NCBI GenBank assembly: GCA_032718475.1
Contig: JAUCBJ010003667.1
Coordinates: 1 to 64,000, forward strand
From: Nemertoderma westbladi
Lineage: Eukaryota; Animalia; Xenacoelomorpha
DNA: 64,000 bases
Direction: 5' to 3'
The translations under genes were made by a program, and so were the position numbers. Positions 49,641-63,139 of the stretch are shown here, one piece after another. How positions within the stretch are numbered: the first letter of the stretch is position 1; each line of letters starts with the position of its first letter. A model generated the notes under the pieces. It had not been told where the DNA came from. It did not search any database and saw only the letters and a program-made list of their open reading frames with translations.

Positions 49641-50473
49641 GTAATTGAAAATTCATTTGTATAGGCACTTTTAAAAAACGACTTTTTGACATTTTTGCTA
49701 AATTAAATTAATTATAAAAACGCTTATATTGATAATTGATGTTTATAATAAATATAATCTGGTTTATAAATAGTGTACGTATAAAGTTGCCGCAATGCAT
49801 GGTTAATTATCTAATTCTGAAGTGAATAAAATTAACTATTAAATTGGGGTATATTATTGGAAAATATAGAATATGACCAAATTAAAGTAAAAAATAAAAT
49901 TGGTTTTAAAAATTGTTGTTCTTCGGGCTCAGTAGCAAACAGTACTACTCATATATTATAATTTGATGTGTGTTTGAAATCCTGGGGACTATGTACACCA
50001 AAGTTACATTAAGTTTTATTTTTGATAATATTGAATTTTATTAAAAACACGATATTTAAAATGGCCATAACTTCGGTTCTAATGAACCAAATTTGCTGAA
50101 ATTTTCAACATAACTTAATAATAATAGCAATATCGTCAGACCCTGTAAATTTGGTAAAGATCGAATCATTTTAAAAAAATGAGTGCCAGCGAGATTTGTC
50201 GAATTTGAATGGAATCACTCTGGAGCTTCTTTCCGGACAACCGAATAGGAAGTGATGGCCAGTTTCTATTGCTCCGCATATGCCGAGGTTTGACTCTAGG
50301 TCGCCGTAGAGATGCCTCATGTACGCGGTATTGGCCTGCCCGAGGATCAAGCCCAATACAAACGATTCCTGAACTCTACAACATCTCAGATTCATTGGTT
50401 CAAGAGGTGGAGATCCGATATTTTCGGGATTAACGGATTTAGCCACTATACAGATTTATATAGATAGATATTA

Positions 50474-50814
50474 CTACTACTAGGTCGAGCGAACTCGGAC
50501 AGTGGAAATGAGATCCTTCCAGGCTTCCCGATTCTCCATAGTTGTCGCAATTTCGTTTCTCCCAAGTGCAGTATCCCTTTCAAGTTGATCTATATATGTT
50601 ATGGCAGGTCGTCCACGACTACGCTTTCCATGAGTTGGTTGCCAGAGAAGTAGATCTGGTATGACCTCGTCTTTACTTCGCCAGCAGTGCCCACTGAATC
50701 TTAATCTGCGTTCACGGAGGGTGGTTGATACAGGTGGTATTGTACCATAAAGCTCGGCGTTTGTCATGTGTTGTCTCCAGCTGATGTTTAGGGCTGCCCT
50801 TAGTAGTCTTGTAT
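50474..50814 (-). mobile_element. 5'-truncated RTE-clade LINE insertion
   Basis: RLLRAALNISWRQHMTNAELYG...RRLRFSGHCWR...RSRGRP; (TAG)n tail; 13-bp TSD TAGATAGATATTA (50461-50473, 50815-50827). Confidence 0.9.
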
Positions 50815-51084
50815 TAGATAGATATTAGAAGACTAGAAAGCCCATGGCCCTTCGGGCCACGTCTTTCTAGTTCACAAGCCTATTCACCATTCCAAACATT
50901 AGATTAATTAATTAACTTGACTTAACAAAACGTCACATGGTTGAGTGTTCTCTCAAACAAAGCCTAAAAGCATTTTTAATAAATAAATGTGAGAATGTTT
51001 TTACTTTTCAGACATTCGCACCCTCTAGCAGTATACTGTATGTGGCAAAGTTTCACATGTTTGTTAAGAAACTCAACTTATTTT

Positions 51085-51715
51085 AAGCTCCTTTCCCTCA
51101 ATTAATTAAATGATCGTTTATTGTTTTGGTTAGAGAATCCCGCCTCTGTAACCTGCCCCTTTCCCTCAATTAGTTAAATGATCGTTTATTGTTTTGGTTA
51201 GAAAATGCCGCATCTGTAACCTGCTCCTTTCCCTGAATTGGTAAAGTGACCGTTTATTGTTTTGGTTAGAAAGGCCCGCCTCTGTAACCTGCCCCTTTCC
51301 CTCAATTAGTTTAATGATCGTTTATTGTTTTGGTTAGAAAATCCCGCCTCTGTAACCTGCTCCTTTCCCTCAATTGGTTAAGTGATCGTTTATTGTTTTG
51401 GTTAGAAAATTCCGCCTCTGTAACCTGTCCCTTTCCCTCAATTAGTTAAATGATCGTTTATTGTTTTGGTTAGAAAATCCCGCCTCTGTAACCTGCTCCT
51501 TTCCCTCAATAAGTTAAGTGATCGTTTATTGTTTTGGTTAGAAAATCCCACCTCTGTAAACTGCTGCTTTCCCTCAATTAGTTAAGTGATCGTTTATTGT
51601 TTTGGTTAGAAAATCCCGTCTCTGTAACCTGCTCCTTTCCCTGATTTGGTAAAGTGACTGTTTATTCTGGTTACTTTGAACTCGGCCTTAACCTGCTCCT
51701 TTCCATCAATTGGTA
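51085..51715. repeat. 68-bp tandem repeat array 2
   Basis: Same unit as 49005-49640. Confidence 0.9.
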
Positions 51716-52559
51716 ATTGTTTTTGGCTATAAAATGAGTGTTTTGCTACGTCATGTGGTAATCGATTACGACAACAACCACAAACTATTAAATATAGAGT
51801 CTTTTTACCACATGCGCATATGGAAATCTATCTCATAGTCTATAAATCATGGAATCATGGAATGTTTTGGCACAGGCATAGTGAAATCAATTGTCTGACA
51901 GTCCAGAAATCAGCAGTCTGACAGTTTGAAGAAATACATACATAAAAAGTCATTAAAAGGACAATAAAAGTCATTAAAAGGACAACAAAAGTCATTATGC
52001 ATAATTCGTAAAAAAAAGGACAAAAAAAGTCAAATAAAAGGACATAAAAAATCACTGCCATTATATAATTCATAATAATATCGCTTGCATATTTCCCATC
52101 AAAAACGACAGAATTATTAAATTAATTCTATTTGTTTAATTAAATTAAACACATTCATTGGTCGAATTTACCAATTCATTTGTTAGAACTAGTATACCCC
52201 CATTGTGTGTTACACCAATGCAATCCTCACGTTTTCGGCCTGTCACCCTCCATTCAGCATCTTGACCCCCTGTTATCACCTCGCGATGTAATAATAACCA
52301 TTGTATACTTAATTCCGAGCAATTTCATTAGTCTACCTATTTTTATTTATTTAAATAAAAATGGGATTTTCTTTATTCATTTCGCCTTCCCTTATTTTAT
52401 GAATATTTTACTATATTATCGAAAATATATTATGTTATATATAGGCCTATTAGTGCTTTTATTGTCCACATTTCATAATCATAACTGCCCAATTGTGATT
52501 TGTAAATACACAAACGATTCAATGCGAGCGCGTTAATAACTAAACTCAATTTTTGCAAC

Positions 52560-52860
52560 CGAAACCTCCCTTGAGTGTCCCAAACATAGACAAATGTATC
52601 AGCTAGCAGTACGCCAGCCAGGATTGAGAAGAACTTTCACCATTATGAAGTTGTGAAGAAGAGGTTTCACCATATGGTAATGTGTCACAACATAACAATC
52701 AAATGGCAGCAACAATTACTTCTGGTGTTCCATAAGCTCATAGGATTTCCATCATTTTACCTCTATTGATGGAGTCAAATGCTTTCTTGAAGTCCATAAA
52801 TAGGACTGCGGGGAGGTTCTTTGACTTAATTCCTCAATCAGTCTCCATAGCGCATCGTCT
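52560..52860 (-). mobile_element. RTE-like RT fragment, decayed
   Basis: DFKKAFDSINRGKMMEIL*AYG on the minus strand. Confidence 0.7.
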
Positions 52861-55478
52861 TTTGTTTCTACCTAGGACCAATTATTTTATTTAACTATTT
52901 ATTTCAGAGGCCAAATATTATGCCATTTTTAAATAACTAAAACAAATCGCAAATTACTATAGTTCATAATTAGAAACATGTTTATCTACTGTAATACATA
53001 TCAATTCAACAGTCCCGAGCCTTAACACTTCGATCTTTCTCCTCCCCCTTCCCTCCCATTATTGGTCGGCCCCTGGCAAGGCCATCTAAACAAACTTAAT
53101 TATTAAATACTGTTTTAATTAAATTCTTTATGAAAATCTACTTATCTTGTTTTAAATAATTATCAATTATGGACTTATTATGAATGGAATTATTAATTAT
53201 AACTAATTATGGACCCTGCATTCGTGGAAAATATAATATTTCATAATTCAGCAGTCAGCCTACGATAATTTTGCAGGCCCGTCCTTGTTATGGCCTGTTA
53301 TTTATATGGCCTTGTCCCCTGGAGATGCACCCCATATTTCTTCTCTCTTCCACTCTTGCTTTCCTTTCTTTCTGCTTCCAATTAAAGTGTTGGTTAGCAT
53401 CAATCAAACTGTTTTTTATAACAGTTCGCAGATGGCTCGCAGGTTTGACTCGCCCCACAATCATTTTACGTCATATATTTATCTCCTGGAATAATTTCTT
53501 TATTATTCACATAATATACCAGGAAGCATAGGAGTTCATTGATGAGTTACTTAATATTTAATCCTATCATACTACTGTATTATTGCAAACTGACAGATAA
53601 AAAGGATACATAAATTGAAATTCTTTACTATTTATATCGGTTTTATCATTTGCAAAATTAGTAGAATGTAGAAATCATTTTCCATTAAGGAACTAATTAA
53701 ATGTGAATAACTAAATTAGTAAACATGGGAGGAAACCAGAACAAAGTCCCGGCAAGATTATTTTATATAAGCCATTCAGTTTTGGCGGCTTTACGTTCTC
53801 AATCAAAGTCATCCTAGAATTAAATCCTCAAAAACCTTTTATTTTATAATATGTCTGTAATTATACGACTGCAGTATGTCTTTAAACAGCCATAATATGT
53901 GGTACATGTGTACGATGTATGAGAAAACATTGTTAGTTAGCGGAATTAATCTGGTTTACACGTGTAATTTGGATGGACCAACTTTGGTGGTCAACTGACT
54001 TAACGAAAAGTTTGGAATAAAAATCCGTCTGAAGTTGAGATAAGCAGACGACCAGAACTGCAGCAAGGACCTCCACGTATAACTTGTGTGCGCCACATTG
54101 CCAGTCTTGTCCCCCTTACCGATGCTCAAAGTTTTTACAACTTATCAGTAAATTGTAACGTGCCTTGTGCTATGGTATGGTTTTCATGAAATCCAAGGTG
54201 TGTTCGCCTCATGCCCTCTTTGATGAGTCGACCACCCCAAAGAAGTTAAACTGCTGCAAAAATGTAGATCCCAAAAACAAAACTGGAAGAAAGCATGCCT
54301 TAGTGTCATGGTTCCACTCTCAAACATTATGATTTTATGAGTAGCGGCATAGAAATTCTTCGCGAATGAGATGGAATATCTGGTCACTCACAATCTAAGT
54401 GCCGCCAGCCCAGTTGATTATGAAACGTACATATATGATATTTATATTTATAAATACATAAATTAGAGATTGAAATTTTTTACTTTTTATTGAATTCGCT
54501 ATTGAGAAAGTGTACAATTGTTTTTATCGTCGAGTTGGTCTTTATAATACCACTAATAATTATTATTAGCGTGAATACTATGTGATTGCGATAATATACC
54601 ACAAATTGATAACAACCCACTTATGGTACTCAGATTGTAATGATATCAAGCTATTCAAAAAGCAACAATATATTTATTTAGTTGGTGAAGACACTTTCAT
54701 AGTTGATACATTCGGAATTGAATGGCTGAACCAGCCTATTTCAATCTTATGTCGACAATTACGGTTATAATGGGCAGGCTGACTTGAATGCCATACGAGT
54801 ATCAAATATTGGTTATCTTTAACAGAATGTACAGTAGTTGCGATTGGGAGTGGCGAAAGTATTGTGAATTCCCATTGCCCATTCAATGCCCAATGCATTT
54901 TGCTCATTGTCTTTTTCTACAAAGGCATACTGTATTATTTTTGTATTTTTTTTTAGCGGGAAATTCAAATTTCTTATTCAGAATAATAATATTATACAGC
55001 ATTCATGCAATATTATTAATTTTTGAGTTTCAATCTTCAAAACATAAAAATTCGCACAGCACACATTATTGAATTAATCTTTAAACATAAACGTATCCTG
55101 GCTCTCACAGAACTGAGCACTAAGAGCCCATAATTCATTTGTTATATTTTCCAATTTTCATTTCTGGCGTCAAATTTCAAATGTTTCACAAGATTAGATT
55201 TTGACATAAAAATTCGAATTCTACTTTCTCAGTAATACTCCAATTCAATATTCATTCAGCAGTTAACAGATAAACAAATCCTATTGATTGGATATTTAAC
55301 AACGATACTCCTAACCATCCACCAATCAGGAAGGACTGCCATGGTAGATAAGACATCCTGTTCCCAAAATGTATCAAAGCAGCTAATAAAAGTTTAAGAA
55401 ACAAATATAAACAAAGAATTATTTTTCATTATTTAATCATAAATAACGTATAATACTTTTCACATTACTGGCTCTACA

Positions 55479-58400
55479 ATGCCTCGGTTATTACCTCTGT
55501 GTCTGCTATTGGTGTCTGTCGGTGTCTGTTGGGGCGACAGTCGGTATCTTGGATTCACCGACTGCGCCAGAACCAGCCCTTACCAACTGGTTCAGGTGCA
55601 GAACGCATGGACCAACACCTACCCATTCGTATTGCCGGGTACCTTTATGGTAAATGCTACTATTAATGTTACATCGGATACAAAGGTTAGTTTTAGTTAG
55701 TAAATATGGTTTTCAAAATTATTGTTTGTGAATTTCTACGCAGAAAAATGAACATTTGAATTTGAATATATCATATTTCGCAAACAAATATTAACAAAAA
55801 ATAAAAATTATTATCGATATCTCAGTAACACTAGTAAACTTATTTAAAATACCTGCATCATTGAAGGTCGCCGTAGACTGATCAGGTTAAAATCGATATG
55901 TTAATTATCTATTCGAGTAGGCCTATTTAATTATTAAGTAACAAAAGTTAAACAGTGCGTGATATATTTATATTGTATTGTTATTTACAGATTTAGGCCG
56001 ATTCTGATTATTAATAAAATAAATAAAATAAAATTCCAAAAAATATCGATATATTCAGAGGCAGATATATACTGAACTATGGTAGTGATGTAAACCCTAA
56101 ATGTTTTATTTTTTGATTTTAGTACAAAATTTTCATTAATAATCAGACTGGCATCACTTAAGATTTTGAGTAATTGTCATACAACAAATCGTTTTCCGGA
56201 ACGGTTTAGATAGTGTAACCATTGCTTCCATATATTGTGGTAACAATAGGGAAGCAATGTAATTTTTTTCTGTCAATTTATTGAATTTTGCAATAAAAAT
56301 ACATTAATTTTTAATAGTAGGGGCCTAGGCCTAATATCAAGTTCGTCCAAAAATTTTCATCCCTTTTCATCAAAATTACTGATATGCTATAATAAAGGAA
56401 TAATTTGTTTATAATCAGCCAGCAGACATCGATGTTGATATATCGCTCACCAGACTGGGATTCTTCGGCTTCTGGTTCCCTATTCCGTGTATAAACGATA
56501 TGGGATCTTGTCACCATAGCAACTTATGTCAAAAACTCTCGCGAAAGCATGGCCGACAAAACGTTTGTGATGAAATTGAAGTGGAGTCAGGTAGGCCTAT
56601 AAAGTGTTATTATTTTATTTATAGTTAATATTTATATATGAAGTGAAAAGATAATAAAACCGAATAAAAATGGAACCCCATGTATAAATCTATACTTAAT
56701 TATAAAAAGCTACTCGAACATTATAACATAGGAGTAGTTCAACGACGGGCAAAGACTTTACACAACATACTAACGCCTTCAAGATATAAAGAGAATCGTA
56801 ACAATAAACAGTACACAACAGGGGAAGCAACAACCTGCACAAGATCTACATAACATGTGTATGCTACCTTTGAAGAAATTTCACTCCAATACTAGGAATA
56901 AAAGTAAACAGTATACTATTAGATGTAAAATGACATGTAACGGCAACAATCTTGTGTACTTAGTAACATGCAACAAACAAGGGGTGGGCTCGGCCATGAA
57001 ATTCAAAGCTAGGATAGGAACCGAATTAGAAGACCATTCGTTTGCAGATTTTAGGATCACACCATTTTAAACAGTAACAGCGAGTACAAAGGACTTAAGA
57101 CAAAACTAAGAAAAAGGGAGGGATACTGGCAAAATGCCAACTGAATACTTTAGAACCATACGGGATGAACTCAATAATTGAAGCAGTTTGCTAACTCCCA
57201 CGGTCTACAAGCCTTTGCTTAGAGACTCGTACTGTAAAACATTTTAAATATATAATATAATATTAAAATGTGTAGTTTCTTTCATTAACATTTACTATAA
57301 TTTAGTATAATCTAGTAATGCCAACTCGAAAACTTGCGAAATAAATATATAATTTTTAAAATAGCGGGATATTGGTCTCTTTATTATTTACTTCATTTAT
57401 TTATTATTATTATATATTACACCATGACCCGTAATATAGTGTCATTTTCTGACGACACGGACCCCCCCCCCCCTCAATTTTTTCTACAAATCTTTATCAT
57501 ATTGCTTAAAATTTGAAACACTACTAGTACAACTCACCGTGGTTGTTACCATGAAGCCTTTTACCCTTTAAATTTTTTTTATAAGCGTTTTAAAAAAGTG
57601 TCTTTTGCGAAATTGCACATCTCCTATCATCGCCATTCTTCATATTGAGAAACAGCAAAGATATAGGCGTTCAAAGATTGCAAGAATTATCGTTCGCTGC
57701 AGGCCATTTATTCTATTTAATAAATACACAATATTCTGGAACAATTTGTTTATGTATGATTAGCTACGCAATATAGATATTGTATAGGCATACCGCTGTT
57801 GCCTACCAACTCATAAAATAAATATCACGTTCTAGAATTTTGTGTATTTATTAAATAGAATAAATGGCCTGCAGCGAACGATAATTCTTGCAATCTTTGA
57901 ACGCCTATATCTTTGCTGTTTCTCAACGAAATTCAAACATTGTTACATATTTGGAATACTTGGAACGCAAGCTTTTTAATGATATCTATAGAGCGAGGTT
58001 AATGTGAAGAATGGCGATGATAGGAGATGTGCAATTTCGCAAAAGACACTTTTTTAAAACGCTTATAAAAAAAATTTTAAGGCGAAATCGAAAGTTCCGG
58101 CTTCATATGATAAAGATGTGTAGAAAAATTTGGGGGGGGGGGGGCCGTGTCATGGGAAAATGACACTATTATTACGGGCCATGGTGTATATTATTATATT
58201 TATGTGGATGCAATTTTTATTCATTCTTATTGTGTTTTTAAAGTAATACATACCCGCCCTCTGAAAAGGTAGTAAAAACGGAGTTGGTCTAAAAATACAG
58301 TAGTACTAAAAAAAAATAAGGTTAAAATTGAATTGTGTAATAATTGTTTTATCTAAATAAAATAGACTTGCAATTAGCTCATACTGTAAGTAAGTATGCT

Positions 58401-58728
58401 ATATTTCTTATCAATATTAACCATAATTATTAATTCACGATCTTGGCTCGCCTCAGAATCTAATTTTTCCCGTTGATTTTGTTGAAATATTGTGATTATT
58501 TTTTCTTTCGTAGGACTAAAGCGTATATCTACGGGATTAATTCGTGTGAACCCTTCACGAGTTCCCGCTATTCGTCGTCTCTCGCGTAGAAGAAGGAGTT
58601 TAGTCAATATGTTGGGTAGCGGAACCTACCGAGTCGATGTTTCCGTAAAGGAAGCTGGCACTGATCATCTTCTACTTTGCGTCAAAGATGTTGAGATTGA
58701 AATGGAGCTAAATATCAATAACTATTGA
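55479..58728 (+). CDS. GM2A: Secreted GM2-activator-like (ML-domain) lipid-binding protein, 197 aa; exons 55479-55685, 56419-56590, 58514-58728
   Basis: Signal peptide, FTDC, PFVLPG, FWFPIPCINDMGSC...NLC, GTYRVDV...LLLCV. GT-AG introns with compatible phases give an open 594-nt CDS. The call is family-level. Confidence 0.85.
56700..57200 (+). mobile_element. Penelope-like element GIY-YIG endonuclease fragment, intronic
   Basis: YTIRCKMTCNGNNLVYLVTC...KREGYWQ...LNTLEPYGMN. Confidence 0.75.
57420..58186. mobile_element. Long foldback MITE, TA-flanked (Tc1/mariner type), intronic
   Basis: CACCATG...CATGGTG ends with TA on both sides; three blocks of near-perfect inverted arms. Confidence 0.88.
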
Positions 58729-59949
58729 AAGTGCAGTTGACATCATCACTCTCTGTACAAATTGGTTATAAATGATCGTAATTATTGCAATTATGCAATA
58801 TTAACAGTTGTATATTTCTTTATGTGGCTTATTACTAGTAATTATTGGCGTTAGACATCTATGTAATTTAAACTTGAAGTACTTTTTAACATCAAATCAA
58901 AAACTGTAACTCTGACTATATATTATACTAATGTATTACTTATATTTTTGATTTCGATTAGTATTTGTTATTATATAAGTTACAGTAAACATCTCGAACG
59001 GCTAAATATTACCAGTATATAATATTACGAGTACATTAATGGTTGGTCTTAGACTTAGACATAATAAAATGTATATATTAACTTTATTCAATTATTCAAT
59101 TCAATTATCACATAATAAAATGTAGCGGTGTTGTAGACCTCTCCCCTTATTTATAACTCCCCACCAATGCCATCAAAAGACAGTAGGCATAGGCCTACTG
59201 AAATTGCCATGATTGTAATCCTTCACTAACCTGCATAATCCGGTAGCATGTGTTAACTTTCGTTTATTGTTTTGGTTCCAAAACACGGGTCTGTTACCCG
59301 CTCCTTTATAAACATACCTACAGTACTGTGCAAATACGATTAGGGGGAGCTGTGTTTGTGGGCCAGTTAATTTGGTATATTTCAGGAGGGAGTTCTCCCA
59401 TATGAGACTTTGCTCTATTGCATCAACCAAAACAAATGGTATCCCATCAAAAGTCTTATTCTAGAATATAAATGCTTTTAGAACAAAATGCTCAACTGAT
59501 CACGCTTGGCATCAACCGGATTCGGAATCAGCACCCTCGAATTGACTAAAAACTGTAAAAAAATCCCAGCTGTACCAAAATTCTACCCCCAGCCTGTTTT
59601 CTACTCGACTATAAGGGTTATGGTGTAACATATGAAGATAAATTATTCAATTTGTGAATTATTACACCAAATAATAAAACCATACCATTTAGGAAGTGAA
59701 TGGAATTATTGAAGCGACAAATACTCTTCAAATTATTTGGAGAAATATATAACATAAATGTGGGAACATGCAACATGGTGCTTTAGATTTACAATACGTG
59801 AAAGTCCTGTTAGTTTCAGTTGCGATTAATGTTGCTCATAGTATAGTACTATAGTACTGAAGGTAGGCCTACCGGTAGTTAAATGTTGAGCAACAGTGTT
59901 GAGTTCGTTGACACATCTTCTTGTATTTTACATACTACCCATAGCCATC

Positions 59950-60540
59950 TTATTGTTGTGGCAATGTCTGGAAGAATTTAACTTTATCTTTGACCCCGCT
60001 GACCTCTGGTGAACTGTTGTTGTTGTCTGCTCGCTGGCCCCTATTGGCTGCTGTTTCGTCTTCACTTACACCACCCACTGTGGTTGTCGCCGCTGTTGGA
60101 GGAGATCTAGTAGGCTGCACCCCCTTCTGACTTTGATTCCCATCCATGGCGGTCACATACACACTCTCCAATCGTTCCTGCCTTTTTTTCCGACGTTCTT
60201 TCATCTTTTTTCTACACCTCGAAATCAAACACGGACCACATAGGATACCCATGAGAGCATACTTTACAATAAACAGCACTAAGAAAGGGCCTATTAGAAG
60301 GGGGCAGCACAGAATCAAAAATACCTTTTCTCGGCGATTGGTTTCGTATCTAGCGAATGGTTCCCATTTTGTTATCCTCTTCATCTCAGCTTTGAAATCA
60401 TACCAAGCGCAAAGGTAAGTATTAATGATTAGGGTAAACAGTGCAAACGCACAAAAAGCCACTAGATGTGCACAAAAGCCACTCTGCCGGCTTCCTCCAG
60501 AAACAGTCATTAAGGGAAAAATGATTCTTGACTTGGTCAT
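59950..60540 (-). CDS. Putative single-exon membrane protein, unknown family (196 aa)
   Basis: ACCATGA start, two hydrophobic Cys-containing segments, a polybasic stop-transfer stretch and a low-complexity tail; open frame in AT-rich surroundings. Confidence 0.6.
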   Translation of the reverse strand: MTKSRIIFPLMTVSGGSRQSGFCAHLVAFCAFALFTLIINTYLCAWYDFKAEMKRITKWEPFARYETNRREKVFLILCCPLLIGPFLVLFIVKYALMGILCGPCLISRCRKKMKERRKKRQERLESVYVTAMDGNQSQKGVQPTRSPPTAATTTVGGVSEDETAANRGQRADNNNSSPEVSGVKDKVKFFQTLPQQ

Positions 60541-60804
60541 GGTCGTGTTTATATACAGCGATTCACATTAGATAATAGATAACAATAGCTTAAAGTCTAT
60601 TATACAACACAGGGGCTGCGAACGACAGCGGCCACCTACCCCGTAGAGAGAATGGCCCCGAACGGCCTAATTTTACATATCGTTCTAGAATGATATATAA
60701 TATGATAAATTAATAGCTATATAACTAAATAATAATAAATTATAGAACTGATTAGTGCGGCATGTTCATTTGTGCCTTATTATTATTAAGTGGGCATTAC
60801 TAAA

Positions 60805-63139
60805 TGTTCGTGGGGCCTTCGCGCAGCACGAGAGCCCACACGAGAAAGTACATTATTGTATTATACATCTCTATTAGATATACAAAAACCGTCTTTTATA
60901 TATGAGTGAAGGCGATGCTATCAGCAGGGCTCCTATCCCACCGGTGCTCAACAAAATAAAAACGCAGAGGGGTCAAATTAACGTAGCGTATTTTAAGAGA
61001 GAGGGGGTGGGGGGGGGGGGGGGAGATCGGGACATTTATTGTATATTGAAAATTTTCAAATTTTTTATGATCATGTCCTGCGCCGAAATTGATGGAGATT
61101 TCAAATATACAAGCATTTTTTAAATTGTGTAAGGTAAGGACATTTCATCAGAAAGGATCCCAAGGTAAATAAATATATAAATAAAATTGCCAAAAAAGGG
61201 TTGTTTTATTAGGTATGTTTTTTATTAGGTATGTTTTTGGAATAATGAAATATTTCATTCAATTACAATCATTTTTGACAAAAAAAAATTATTAACAATT
61301 TTCTTAATTGCTTCTTAATAATTTACTATTTCTTAAACAATTCTGACTGAAATCAGTTGAAATTTGTGTATGAAATGGCCGAAGCTCAATTTCAATCAAC
61401 ATTGCTTGATGGCACTAGATCAAGGCTTGCACTGGATGTACTACTACTACTAGGATCGGCATGCTGCCTTGCAGCTTCATTTTTAAAAATGCTGTGCCGG
61501 CTTGTCGACAAAATTACGCCGCCACAACTCCCTATCACCCATGACATTTGCTAGATCATCCGTATCTTCAAGGCCAGTGTCCTTTAAGATGCGTCTCAAG
61601 AAAGTCATGGGCTGTCCACCATGCTTATACACTCCATGAGGCTGCCAAAGCACAAGATTATGCACTGGCTGGTCCTCACGGCGAAAGCAATGTCCTGCAA
61701 AGCGGAGGCGATTTTGTTCTAGTGTCAAGCTTGGGGGAACCAATGAGACACCTCCAAATTTATATAGTGTCTGGTTGGAGATGTGTGCATTGTACTTGAC
61801 ACAATGAATCCGGCGTAGCATTCTTATGAATGTGCCATCCAGAGATTTGGTGTCCTCGAACAGTTAGAGACCAGCATGGACTCCCATAGAGGAGTACTGG
61901 AACTACTGATGCTCTAAATAATCGGACCTTTAATTCTCGGTGACTTCCAAATCCTGGAAAGCCTATTCAAGGCTGCCCATGCCTTTCCCTTACGTATTCG
62001 AAGGTCCTCACCTGACTTCCGGATCCATGATCCCAGGTAACAGAAGTCGTCCACATGCTCAAGCATACCATCCTTTGAGCTTATGCTAATCCGATCAGAG
62101 ACTTGCTGAGGATTTTCAAAGTTAACTGTCAAAATGTTGGTCTTTCTGGATTAATAAAAAGACCAACACTAGAAGCAGCATGTTCAAATTTGCAGCCGTC
62201 GGGCTCCCTCTAGTGATTCTGAGAGTACTCATAAGTCATCAGCAAAGTCTAGATCAGTTAGGTACTTGGCTGGATTCTGGAGCCAGTAGGTGGAGTTATC
62301 ATCACCCCATCATCATTATGATGATCTAAGGACATGCGTAGAACATGCTGCAGAACAACAGCAACTGGATGTAACAATAATTTCAACCGAATCATCAAAA
62401 AATTTAACACTGAATAAATACAATATTATACAATATATTATAATAATATTATAATATATTATACAATAATTTGATTAAATCGCCACAGCTATAATTTCAG
62501 TTACAACTTACAAGGTTTATAAATTTCAAGGTTATTAAATGGAAAAATCTTATAATAACGCAATTTTCATGGTATTTGCTCAATAATAGTCGAATAACGC
62601 AAAAATTTGGAAATAGCGCGACGCGTTAAAATAACGCAGTAGTGGGAGTTCTGGCTATCGGTTTGTGATAAACTAGTTGTAAAAACAGAGATCCACTACA
62701 GTTTGCCCTTACACACTTGAACTGTCATTTGTAACCCTTCTAACTTGGGCTATTTATGTTAAGTATGACATTTTTAGTTTTACAATACTCTTCTCCTTCA
62801 CTAGCCTCGTTGCGCTCGTCCTGTTTTGTCTTAAAATAATTTTCCTAAACGGAGACTAACGACCTTTATAACTATGCAAAGTCTCGAAACTGTCAGAGTA
62901 ACTGCTGATTCATGGCAGAGGGATACTCGTATCCACTGTAAACTCGTTGCATTCGTTCCTTTTTTTAACAAACTTCCGATTCTTTCTAAACTTTTACCGG
63001 ACTACATACGAACCAAGTTTCGTTTAATTTCATCAAGGAATAACCAAGTTATTAGCGATAAAATATTTACGACGACGACAGAAAACTCGTTAATGGCACC
63101 CATATGCTAGGCTTCGCGCACATCGTGGCTCGCCCCACA
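60805..63139 (+). mobile_element. HINE/Helitron-like element, copy C
   Basis: Termini GTTCGTGGGGCCTTCGCGCAGCACG and CGTGGCTCGCCCCACA. Confidence 0.7.
61438..62350 (-). mobile_element. RTE-clade LINE 3' fragment inside copy C
   Basis: LTDLDFADD, VDDFCYLGSWI...RKGKAWAALNRL, RLRFAGHCFR; (TAG)n tail at ~61440. Confidence 0.88.

Noticed and set aside
49005-51715. CRISPR-like repeat with variable spacers
   Set aside because: The variable parts are alignable variants of one 68-bp unit; this is an ordinary tandem repeat.
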